From assembly GCF_006345805.1 (NCBI RefSeq), contig NW_021825090.1, positions 1 to 16,784 on the forward strand: 16,784 nucleotides of DNA. The letters run 5' to 3'. The translations under genes were made by a program, and so were the position numbers. Shown piece by piece: positions 1 to 9,619 of this stretch. Each line of letters begins with the position of its first letter. Within the stretch, counting starts at the first letter, position 1. Source of the stretch: Octopus sinensis (taxonomy: Eukaryota). The notes below the pieces were generated by a model. The model worked only from the letters and a program-made list of their open reading frames with translations. It was not told the DNA's origin and made no database searches.

Positions 1-102
1 TAGTTCAGCGTAGGTGGTCTCTTTTCCACTGATCTTCAGCTTTATGTTAACATCCGCTGGACAGCTAATTTCACAACTGTGCACTTTTTCTCTCTATTAT
101 CT

Positions 103-103
103 A

Positions 104-172
<69 letters not shown>
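103..172. repeat. (TATC)n microsatellite
   Basis: Near-perfect tatc run. Confidence 0.95.
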
Positions 173-221
173 AAGACCACGGTAACCATGTGACATTGTT
201 TACCGATGTTACCGTGGTCTT
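173..221. repeat. 14-bp perfect inverted repeat (hairpin)
   Basis: aagaccacggtaac (173-186) and gttaccgtggtctt (208-221), 21-nt spacer. Confidence 0.85.
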
Positions 222-563
222 TTCCGTAGGCTTTTCTTTCCACGGATAACCCTTATCTGTTTCCCGCTTTACACTTTACATCATGACATTTCTGTGATAC
301 ACGATCCTTATTGATCATTTTTTAACGATCCCTTTTCATCGAAAACCTACCCCTTTGAGCCCTGTGTGGCTAATACATAAGCATATCTATCTATATGTCT
401 GTCTAATTGTCTGTCTGTATATCTATACATCTATCCATCTATCTATTTTAGATAAAAATTGCAAGTATATATCTGCAAATAATACACGACCACAGCTCTC
501 GAGCTGAAACTAGTTGAAGAGTGAAATAACATATATACTTATATATAAATATATATGGTCAAT

Positions 564-953
564 GTGGAGGCGCAATGGCCCAGTGGTTAGGGCAGCGGAC
601 TCGCGGTCATAGGATCGAGGTCTCGATTCCCAGACCGGGCGTTGTGAGTGTTTATTGAGCGAAAACACCTAAAAGCTCCACGAGGCTCCGGCAGGGAGTG
701 GTGGTGATCCCTGCTGTACTCTTTCACCACAACTTTCTCTCACTCTTACTTCCTGTTTCTGTTGTACCTTGTATTTCAGAGAGCCGTCCTTGTCACTCTC
801 TGTGTCACGCTGAATGTCCCCGAGAACTACGTTAAGGGTGCACGTGTCTGTGGAGTGCTCAGCCACTTACACGTTAATTTCACGAGCAGGCTGTTCCGTT
901 GATTCGGATCAACCGGAACCCTCGTCGTCGTAACTGACGGAGTGCTTCCATCC
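564..953 (+). mobile_element. Full-length tRNA-derived SINE with 11-bp TSD
   Basis: A-box tggcccagtgg (576-586), B-box-like ggtctcgattcc (619-630), 3' end ctcgtcgtcgtaactgacggagtgcttccatcc; atatggtcaat directly repeated at 553-563 and 954-964; 3' body homologous to 14020-14200. Confidence 0.9.
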
Positions 954-1469
954 ATATGGTCAATAAGATACAATTTTTTCTTATACGGCAAACCTCATTT
1001 CGCCGCAACATATATAAAATTCTATACACAAAAACCTTTTCCTATACAAAAGACTCAAAGTAACATGTGATCCCTTTTTATTTACCTTCTCTCCTTTTCT
1101 CTTGTGGTACAGTATGTCAATCTTAATTCATGGATACATACACTAATATATTTTCAGTCAAACGACAATACGAAAACATTTATTCTTTGAAAACGTATTT
1201 TTATATTTTTATTTTCATCCATATAAATACACAAATAAAGATCTTTTCCCTTTATGTCAAAAAGTTAAACATGTTTAAATACACAAAAAATTATGTGTGT
1301 ATACTTAAATATTTGACACATTAAAAACCACCTTCATAATCTTTTGGGATTAAACTGTTGTTTATTCAGTTAACTGGATACTACACTAATCAGGCTCTTA
1401 AATGAAGTGCTAACGAGATGATAGTTTTGATTATAATTATCCCCTTAAATTATATATATATATATATAT

Positions 1470-1783
1470 ACTACGGAGATGTACTTGCATAGCAAGTGAT
1501 CTGATCTGAGATCGTGTGCTGAAACAAAAATAATTGCAGCGTGGAAGGTGTTTACAAGCCATTTAAAACAGACAAAATCCATTAGATTCACTTCAATATT
1601 TAAATTTAATTTGTCAAAATATTTTCGTCGCTTTGAGACCGTGACCTGTTCACTGACAAAATTCAGTACGGTTTCAAAACGACGAAAATATTTTGTCAAA
1701 TTAAATTAAAATGTTGAAGTGAATCTAACGGTTTTTGTGTGTTTTTAAATGGCTTATAAACATCTTCCACGCTGCAATTGTTT
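1470..1783. mobile_element. Foldback element, probable Penelope-like terminal-repeat derivative, inserted in (TA)n
   Basis: About 110-bp imperfect inverted arms 1532-1641 and 1669-1779, 27-nt spacer; contains a hammerhead-like fold; TA runs on both flanks. Confidence 0.7.
1610..1660 (-). ncRNA. Minimal type I hammerhead-like ribozyme, G3-C8 core variant
   Basis: Minus strand: UUUGUCA (stem I) GUGAACA G GUCAC-ggucucaaa-GCGAC (stem II, one mismatch) GAAA AUAU U U^ UGACAAA (stem I, 7 bp); stem III is the palindrome AAUAUU. Confidence 0.55.
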
Positions 1784-1825
1784 ATATATATACATATGAA
1801 AATATTGTATATGGACACACACACA

Positions 1826-1846
1826 TATAGATAGATAGATAGAAAG

Positions 1847-1879
<33 letters not shown>

Positions 1880-1989
1880 GAGTGTGTGACAAATAGACAG
1901 ACACATAGATAGATAGATAGATTGATAGATAGATAGATAGATAAATAGAGAGTGTGTGACAAATAGACAGACACATAGATAGATAGATT

Positions 1990-2067
<78 letters not shown>
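1826..2067. repeat. (GATA)n microsatellite with internal 70-bp tandem duplication
   Basis: ataaatagagagtgtgtgacaaatagacagacac starts at both 1871 and 1941. Confidence 0.95.
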
Positions 2068-2239
2068 CAGTGAAATATTCGAGTGAAAGGAGGATCCAGG
2101 TTTCCCCTGTCGGTATATTCAACCAAACACACTCCGCATGCCTTTATCATTTATGATTAATTTTACAATAAATATTTCTTTGTTATTTCTCAATCTCCGT
2201 TTAAAATAATGTTTCGGAGTTCCTTCTCAAAATACGTGA

Positions 2240-2800
2240 CCAGAGCTCAAGAAAAGATGCGCCGCAAGCAAGTCGTGAGATATGAAATTCAAAATCAAGA
2301 GAACCCCTCATTTTCAGGCTCTATCAATTGGTAAAGTTCCACTCCAGGAACAGTCATTGCTCTCAATATAAATGTTTTTAGCGAAGACTGGAATTACGTG
2401 AGTGGTCCTTGATAAGACGTGAAGAAGGTTCACACTTTCCAACAAAGATTGTTTGGGGTGACGAGGTTACATTTGAATTAAATGCCTCTAGTAACCGACT
2501 CATATGAAACTGCTGGGCCTCTAAGAATCTGCATGTTGTAGAGTTGCATCATATTAATTTACCAGAAGTTACAGTATGTTGCAGTTTTGTAATCAAAACG
2601 ATTAATTAGACCTTCCTTTTCTGACTGGTTTAATCCAGTTCTACTTGTTGCGACAATCTGTCATACCAAACATTCAAGCAGGACTTTGCAGATGTGGAGT
2701 TTTATTACCAGCAAGATTGAGCAGCGCAACTCCTACCATTACTCATGTAAAGGCCTAACATGATGAGATCTTTCCACACGGGTGGATATTTCAGGTTAAT
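2240..2800 (+). pseudogene. Decayed Tc1/mariner (IS630-Tc1-mariner) transposase fragment
   Basis: Manual translation from 2382: RRLELREWSLIRREEGSHFPTKIVWGDEVTFELNASSNRLI*NCWASKNLHVVELHHINLPEVTVCC (WSDE-type first Asp at 2460). After frameshifts: EFYYQQD* (second Asp at 2715) and HDEIFPHGWI. Upstream KQASRE-like/SKS helix-turn-helix remnant. Several stops; third Asp missing. Confidence 0.75.
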
Positions 2801-2842
2801 AAAACAGAATTTTACTCTGCCTTTGATATTCCATTTTATTTA

Positions 2843-2907
2843 CACGCACACACAAAACACATATACACACACACTCACACACACACACACGCACACACAC
2901 ACACACA
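2843..2907. repeat. (CA)n microsatellite
   Basis: CA run left of the RTE fragment. Confidence 0.9.
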
Positions 2908-3120
2908 TCGTCATCATCATCATCATCATTGTTCGACGGTGGTCGAGACATTGGAATTTACTATGTTACGCCAGACCTCACGGTCCATCATAGCATTATG
3001 GAGGTCCTGTTGCTAGATGCCAGTATCCCTGGAGATTACATCAGGGTAGGAGAGTGTGCGCCCTCTGGTATCGCGAGCAGATGGCTTGCAGAGAAGAAGA
3101 GTAGAAATTACCTCGTTTTC
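2908..3120 (-). mobile_element. 5'-truncated RTE-type LINE 3' end with (TGA)n tail
   Basis: Minus translation ENEVISTLLLCKPSARDTRGRTLSYPDVISRDTGI*QQDLHNAMMDREVWRNIVNSNVSTTVEQ* resembles the RTE ORF C-terminus (D-T-G...AM-DR--WR); stop runs directly into a (tga)n tail. Confidence 0.75.
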
Positions 3121-3170
3121 ACACACACACAACACATACACACACACGAACACACACACACACACACACT
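3121..3170. repeat. (CA)n microsatellite
   Basis: CA run right of the RTE fragment. Confidence 0.9.
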
Positions 3171-3173
3171 TTA

Positions 3174-3530
3174 ATGTTTGTTTTTAAGTTTAGCTAAAAC
3201 AAAAACAATTTTGTGACGTATATTTGCCATTTAAATATGGCTAACCCTTAAGGGTGGATGCTACAGTAGTTTGTAGCCCCAGGAGGACACCTCCTCCAGC
3301 TGGCTTTAGACACACTTTCTGTGCCCTATCAGTATTTGCAAAGGGAAGCCATCCTTCCCATCTTCAACTTATGATACACACGGACTCGAGTTTCTGGGTA
3401 TTGACTCGTCATCGGCGTGTGACAATCACAGTTGTCGATGAAAAATAGGTTCCCTTAGCAAATACTTATCCCTTTTCCAGTATCGTAAAGACACTGATAT
3501 CGATACCTACTTTTCATCGACAACTGATCT
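3174..3530 (-). mobile_element. Probable Penelope-like terminal-repeat remnant with partial inversion
   Basis: Degenerate hammerhead at 3377-3421; 22-bp inverted repeat 3429-3450 / 3505-3526 (1 mismatch). Outer boundaries approximate. Confidence 0.5.
3377..3421 (-). ncRNA. Degenerate minimal type I hammerhead ribozyme
   Basis: Minus strand: CACACG (stem I) CCGAUGA (U4 to C) cgagu-caau-accca (stem II, 2 mismatches) GAAA CUCGAG U C^ CGUGUG (stem I, 6 bp); stem III is the palindrome ACUCGAGU; GUC triplet. Confidence 0.6.
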
Positions 3531-3644
3531 CGTAAAGAGAAAAACAACTAGCTTTAAAACTCAGAGCGAGAATAACCTGATGCGTTCCTCTCTACTTTTG
3601 TTGATTACAAATTTTTTATTCTTTTTCAAGAATAACATCTTCAT

Positions 3645-3685
3645 ATGTATGTATGCATGCGTGTGTGTGTATGCATTCGTGTGTA

Positions 3686-3735
<50 letters not shown>
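3645..3735. repeat. (GT)n / (GTAT) microsatellite
   Basis: GT run with gtat interruptions. Confidence 0.95.
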
Positions 3736-3736
<1 letters not shown>

Positions 3737-4324
3737 ATACTAGTATCTACAAACTATAACAGCATGAAACGAGAAATATGAATATAATGGAGAAGGTGAC
3801 ATACTTGAGCGACTTCAATCTTGTAAGTCAGGTAGAAGCATTTATGGAGAAAAATAATTTTTTTTATCTAATTAAAAATAAATAATTTCTTTTCCGTTGT
3901 ATCTCCTCCTTCTCCATGTCATCCTTCTCTTCCTCACTAAGACCTAACCTTCAAGATAATGTCACTTCCAAATATTGGTCCTTTCTATATAATGTCATTC
4001 TGGACCCACATTTTCAAACACCTTCGTCTGTCCAATCAGAATCTTTCCTTCCACCCAGCTGACATCAATATACACATTCAACTTAAAGCTGTTTTGTAAT
4101 CTTAAAAAAAAAAGAAAAACTCAACGGAAAATAGAAAAAAGAGAAAGAGGGAGGGATGAAGAGAGAAAGATGGACGGCGGTTAAAACAACAAAACCCTTT
4201 CTCTACCCACAAGCCCTGTGAAATTCTTTTTTACTCCAGGAATACACTCACTGTCCCGACCTGTTTGAATTGATACAACTTTCATACTTTCTACCTCTGT
4301 CTCTTTACCTCCATTCCTCTCTTC

Positions 4325-4339
4325 ATCTATCTATCTATA

Positions 4340-4370
<31 letters not shown>

Positions 4371-4414
4371 CTATCTATCTATTCTATCTATCTCCCTCTC
4401 TCTCTCTCTCTCCT

Positions 4415-4472
<58 letters not shown>
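4325..4472. repeat. Compound (TATC)n(TC)n(TA)n microsatellite
   Basis: Direct inspection. Confidence 0.95.
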
Positions 4473-4477
<5 letters not shown>

Positions 4478-5033
4478 CACAATGTAGCTTTGTCCATTTC
4501 TTCCTCCCTCACTCTCTCTCTCACTCACTCTATCTGTATTACACAATAAACAAATATCCGCGACCCACCGACTGATGACTATCTTTAGGTCACCACACTA
4601 TCGCAATATATAAATACGGCGCTGACTTTTGTCTAGAATTTGAAAAATACTAATTTTTTTAGTTTTCTGCAACATCATACTAAACAAATGTATTTTAATC
4701 GCTCTCTTATTGCGCAGTGGTTTTCTTCTCAAAAGAGGGGACATAAGTGCTACAAAAGTAGCAATTCTTACCCACAGGATATCCACATTATGTTGGAGAT
4801 TAAGATTATCTTCTGGCCAAGTCAACCTTTTGCTTTTCTCGCTATTAATTATTTCTTAAGAAGCCCATTAGCTATTTGGACACTAGAGCCTGAATAGACA
4901 CTGAGATTCTATACATAGTTGACGGGAGATTCAGCTGTTATTGCATTGCTGGCCATCTGTCACCGAGGAACCTATAGGAGGGTGAAATCACGGGATCTGG
5001 CAGTTCCTTCTGACGACCGTTGCAGACGATTGT

Positions 5034-6219
5034 CAGCTGCGAACGATATAAGTACTTGTACTTATACGCACAACGAAACTTTATGAGAGATCCTATCAAA
5101 GTAAATAACGCAGTGTTCTAAAATGGCGTGTAGGGACATCGTATTTCGTTATGCAGCCACGATACACTGCAAAGTATATTAAACGTTTTTATACGTCAAT
5201 ACTTTGTTCTTCAGTGTTAGCAGTGCTATCATATCACTTGTTAAAATTATCTCTGCAGTTTCCACAGAAATTATAATCAGCACTAATTGTATTGCATACC
5301 AGCTTCTAGGAATGTGTTTTACACGTTGCCTGCCACAGGATATTGATATGATCTGCTTCTATTTGTCTAAAGGGTTTTATTAATTTTCTCAAATCAGAAA
5401 GCTGAAATATTTTGTGTGGTGCTCTACAGGTAGATAATACATGTAATTACACTACAATGACGTGATACAAGTTAACTCATAGTAATGCAATATGCTCAGA
5501 TTGGTTTGCTATGAAGGCTTTGAGGGTATGTTATTCATTATTTGATTATGTCCCTTCATTGTATAATGCTTTCTTTATTTTTTTCAGATTTATAAAGAAC
5601 TATCATAAATTTTGATTTGTAATACATAAGATGCCCCAAAAGCCTTTCCAGTGAAAAAAAATTGCTGGAATACTTCAGGAACCCGCGAAAATGAACTATC
5701 GGAAGATGATGTCTTAGAGTCAGAGAGTGAACACTCAGATGCTTTGGATACAAATCATGTGGCAAATACCAGTGGAAGTAATACCAGTGACACCAGTTCT
5801 ACTGAAAAAGATGAACAATTAGTTGCCCGAGGTCGTAAGAGACAAGTTAACTTGTATTATTGGGCAAATAAAAGGTGTCTTTAGTGTTTCCACAAAACAC
5901 TCACAATGTTAGTTCCAAGACGCCAGTTCATTTTAAGCATGTTACAATAAAATAGACTGCCACGAGTATACTCCTACCTGTATAATACAGTGATGATATT
6001 TTTATAATCACTGTATTATATAGTCTTTTCATTATTATATAATCACTGTTATATATTATAATTTTCATTCCTACATCTTATTAATTTATATGCATGTTTG
6101 AATTTTGTTTTGTAAATCTTTAATTTTTTATCAATTAAATTATGGATTGCACAGCAAGGTTTGGCGAATTTATATGCACACACGCATATTTGTCTGTTAA
6201 TTACATTCGTAACTGTTAA
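5034..6219 (+). mobile_element. Possible decayed non-autonomous piggyBac-like element
   Basis: Acidic Ser/Asp/Glu-rich ORF remnant 5651-5884 (ENELSEDDVLESESEHSD...) like piggyBac transposase N-termini; weak TIR cagctgcgaacg (5034-5045) vs cattcgtaactg (6204-6215) followed by TTAA; left flank is TTGT, not TTAA. Confidence 0.25.
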
Positions 6220-6516
6220 GATATTAAAATTAATAATAAAGTTATTAAGAGGCCTGACGATTGGGGTTGTGTTTAAGAAATGTTCCTGTAAAAGACTGCG
6301 TGTTTAAGGAACGGTAAAAGAACCTCATGTAGCAGAGAAATTTAGAAATGATTAGTAACTATTAAAATAAAATTCTCTGATATGGTGTGATGTATATAGG
6401 ATTTGATGTTTTGCATGGAGGCTTCTATCTCTAAATAACATATATTTCCTTAACGAGAATAATTCATTTTATTTAAATCCCTGTGATGCCGGAATTTTTA
6501 GTCCCTAATAGATAAA

Positions 6517-6520
<4 letters not shown>

Positions 6521-6577
<57 letters not shown>
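6521..6577. repeat. (TC)n microsatellite
   Basis: Perfect tc run. Confidence 0.95.
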
Positions 6578-6578
<1 letters not shown>

Positions 6579-6700
6579 ACCACATGCTTCCGGGTTCAGT
6601 CCCACTGCGTGGCACCTTGGGCAAGTGTCTTTTACTATAGCCTCGGGCCGACCAAAGCCTAGTGAGTGGATTTGGTAGACGGAAACTGAAAGAAGCCCGT

Positions 6701-6757
<57 letters not shown>

Positions 6758-6965
6758 ATGTTTGTGTGTCTGTGTTTGTCCCCCTAGCATTGCTTGATAA
6801 CCGATGGGGTGTGTTATGTCCCCGTTACTTAGCGGTCCGGCAAAAGAGACCGATAGAATAAGTACTGGCGTACAAAAGATAAGTCCGGGGTCAAGTTGCT
6901 CGATAAAGGCGGTGCTCCAGCATGGCCGCAGTCAATGACTGAAGCAAGTAAAAGAGTAAAAGAGT
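6578..6965 (+). mobile_element. 5'-truncated tRNA-derived SINE with CORE-like segment and internal (TA)(GT) microsatellite
   Basis: gggttcagtccc B-box-like motif, ggcaccttgggcaagtgtctt, 3' end ggcggtgctccagcatggccgcagtc...gtaaaagagtaaaagag; homologous to 13089-13361, 14998-15160 and 16312-16585. Confidence 0.9.
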
Positions 6966-7344
6966 ATATATATATATATATATATGCAAACATAAAACGG
7001 AAGGGAATATATGAGTATTTATTATTAATTACGACAATTGTTTCGGCACATCTCGCATCGAATCCTCTTGAATGGGACACTCAACAACTGGTTCGGGAGC
7101 ATCCGGTGGTGCAGATGTACCTCGCCGTGTGATAAATAAATTCAACTCGTTAAAAGGACACATATGTATGTATGTATGCACATTCGGATTGATATACAAG
7201 CATACATACGCTACATTCGTTTCAAGTGTCTCACAGAGTTAGTTTCCCACTTAGCAGAGGCAGTTCTGTCCAAAAGTCTGCTACAGATTTTCTGCTCCTC
7301 AAACTTCACCCATTGGTGACACGATATTGGACTACAAAACCTTG

Positions 7345-7417
7345 TGGCACCGTGGAGTGGAATTGATCCGGAAATCACGTTGTTGCAAACGAACCGCTTT
7401 AACCATGCCGCTATGCT
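7345..7417 (-). mobile_element. Old SINE head fragment
   Basis: Minus strand gcatagcggcatggttaaagcg...ttccggatcaattccactccacggtgccac loosely matches the head of the 14998 family. Confidence 0.5.
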
Positions 7418-7944
7418 TTCATCCAATCTGATATTTACATCTCGATGAAGTAAAAGACCTCTCTGAGGTGAAAGTTTCTCATTGTGATGAGGGAGAGATG
7501 TAAAGGAAACGAGATACACATAAAGACAAATTATTTTGTGAGAGGTGGACTAATCTGCTTAGAACGTGGCAGGGCTTGTAAAGAAATAACAATAGAAGTA
7601 CCTGAAGATGGTAAAAGAAAAAAACACACACATATAAGGAGAGGAGATAAATAAGAAACTGAACAATGAATATGAAGAATTAAACAGGAAACAGAAAAAA
7701 AGAACCGAAGCTCCCTTAACCTTAAAAAAAAAACAACATGGAGAGAATAAGAAAAAAAAACGTAAAATGCAAAACATAGAGTGTTTTGGCAGATGACCTT
7801 TGAGGTTTGAACTGTGAAAAACAAGGCCAGATCAATGGAGGTATCTTAGTTTAAACGTTCCGCCATATCTCAGTCGAGATCTATAGATCTAGCTGGGATA
7901 TTCTAGAAAATGGAGTCAACCAATCAGGGAAGATATTGGATGAG

Positions 7945-8210
7945 AAGGAGAGAGAGAGAGAGAGAGAGGGGAGAGAGAGATGGAGAGACGGGAAAGGGTG
8001 AGAGAGAGAGAGAGAGAGAGAGAAGATGTAAAAAATAGAGTGGGTTGCAAAAAGAAGGTGGGGATCCGGTATATGAGTCGAAAAGATAAAATAAAAGACC
8101 CATGGGAAATCAATTAAGGATGAAGGAGATGGACAGAAGTCGATTTAATTGCGAAGAGAGAGGGAGAGACAGAGAGGGAGAGAGGGAGGGAGAGTGGGAG
8201 AGAGAGAGAT
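7945..8210. repeat. Purine-rich region with (GA)n tracts
   Basis: GA runs at about 7945-8021 and 8155-8210. Confidence 0.8.
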
Positions 8211-8264
8211 TGAGTCTGACTGACATTACAGATTTGTTAAGATTGGTCTCTAGTTGGATGTTAA

Positions 8265-8356
8265 ATATAATAAATAACAATAATAACAACGTCAACAATA
8301 ATGTGATAGGGATAATAATAATCATAATAATGATGGTAGCAGTAGTAGTAGTAGTG

Positions 8357-8410
<54 letters not shown>

Positions 8411-8713
8411 TAGTAGTAGTAACGACATCAACAACAGTTACAAAAAACGCTAACGATAATAATGATAATGATGATAGTGACGATGAGGATGATGTTGATG
8501 TTGATGATGATGTTGATGATGATGATGAAGATGATAACAATAATGATGATGATGATGATGATGACGATGATGATGAATAAATAAAGGAATTGTTAAAGAA
8601 AAACAAAACTGGTAGATAATTTGCCATATTGGTGATAAGATGGAGTCAAGTAAACAAGAGAAGGAAAAAATATTAATTTGATAAAAATGTATTATCAGCA
8701 GCAGCAGCTACAG

Positions 8714-8744
<31 letters not shown>

Positions 8745-9262
8745 AACCACATCACCATCATCAGCAGCAGCATCGTCGTCGTTATGGAGATCGACAGAAA
8801 GTTTACTACCATTACCGACATCATCGCCACATAACGATTTCATCAATAACATCAACACCACCGACACTACCCTTTTCCTTACCATCCTCCACCTCTTCCT
8901 CCCCCTCATCATCATCATCATCATCATCCCACCTCCATTATTATCATTCTCCTCCTGCGCTTTCTTTCCTCCACCTCCTCCTCTTCCTTCTCACCATTAT
9001 CGACATCATCATCATGAACAGCAACAGTAGAAGCATCTCAGAAGCATGGAAAAGCAGCAGTGGTGGTGGTGGTGGTGGTGGTAATGGTGGTGGTGGCAGT
9101 GGCGACGGCTGCAGGGGCGGTGGCGTCGGTGGTAGTGGTTGTGGTGGCTCTAGCAGTCGTAGCAGCAGCAGCAGTAGCAGCAGTAGCAGCAGCAGTAGTA
9201 GTAGTAGTAGTAGTAGTAGTGGATTTGGTGGTGGTGGTGGTGGTAGTAGTAGTAGTAGTAGT
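8265..9262. repeat. About 1-kb compound trinucleotide array (AAT, GTA, GAT, GCA, CAT, GGT, AGC, AGT)
   Basis: Successive trinucleotide tracts that generate the poly-V/S/T/G ORFs in the track. Confidence 0.9.
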
Positions 9263-9264
9263 TA

Positions 9265-9350
9265 TTTGGAGCCTGAAGTGAAAGCAGGGTCCACTTAACT
9301 TTATCCTGTGGGTCAAATATGTACCAGTCATGTACTAAGGTCGACTCAAC
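9265..9350 (+). mobile_element. Degenerate SINE central-domain fragment (Deu/Nin-like)
   Basis: ctttatcctgtgggtcaaatatgtaccagtcatgtactaaggtcgac resembles the reverse complement of the domain at 12460-12500 and 12655-12700. Confidence 0.5.
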
Positions 9351-9619
9351 AGAGCGTGTTTCGCCGCCGCCACAACCACCGATGCCCACTGATCTTGTCT
9401 CTAGGCTAGAAATCATTATCATTGATCGTCATCGATCTACTTCATTTTCTGTGATTCTAACAATGAGATAGATGTAAAACCGGAAATATATTGAACACTT
9501 TGTTTTTTATTTGCAGTTTCCGCACCATCACTACCACCACCACCATCAACAGTTTGTCCAAAGCTAGAGTTTTATAAACACGAAGGTCCCTTTTTTTTTT
9601 GCTGTTGTTTTTATTGTGG

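Noticed and set aside
564-640. Possible tRNA genes (also 14730-14786, 14998-15065, 13879-13950)
   Set aside because: A/B boxes are present but no complete cloverleaf, and each runs into a repeat body; these are SINE heads.
1696-2150. Three overlapping YLSI-repeat ORFs
   Set aside because: Artefacts of (GATA)n; the same applies to 4270-4575, 10674-10871, 11042-11496 and 16183-16513.
4572-4600. ctgatga hammerhead-like core
   Set aside because: No stem II plus GAAA at a suitable distance.
4915-4977. EGF-like peptide DGRFSCYCIAG
   Set aside because: Only two Cys, an in-frame stop soon after and no convincing splice donor; likely chance.
8102-9422. ORFs with poly-V, S, T, G, L, Y tracts
   Set aside because: Translations of trinucleotide microsatellites with no domain or splice support.
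9505-9590. Possible exon after ttttttatttgcag
   Set aside because: Low-complexity translation and no good donor site.
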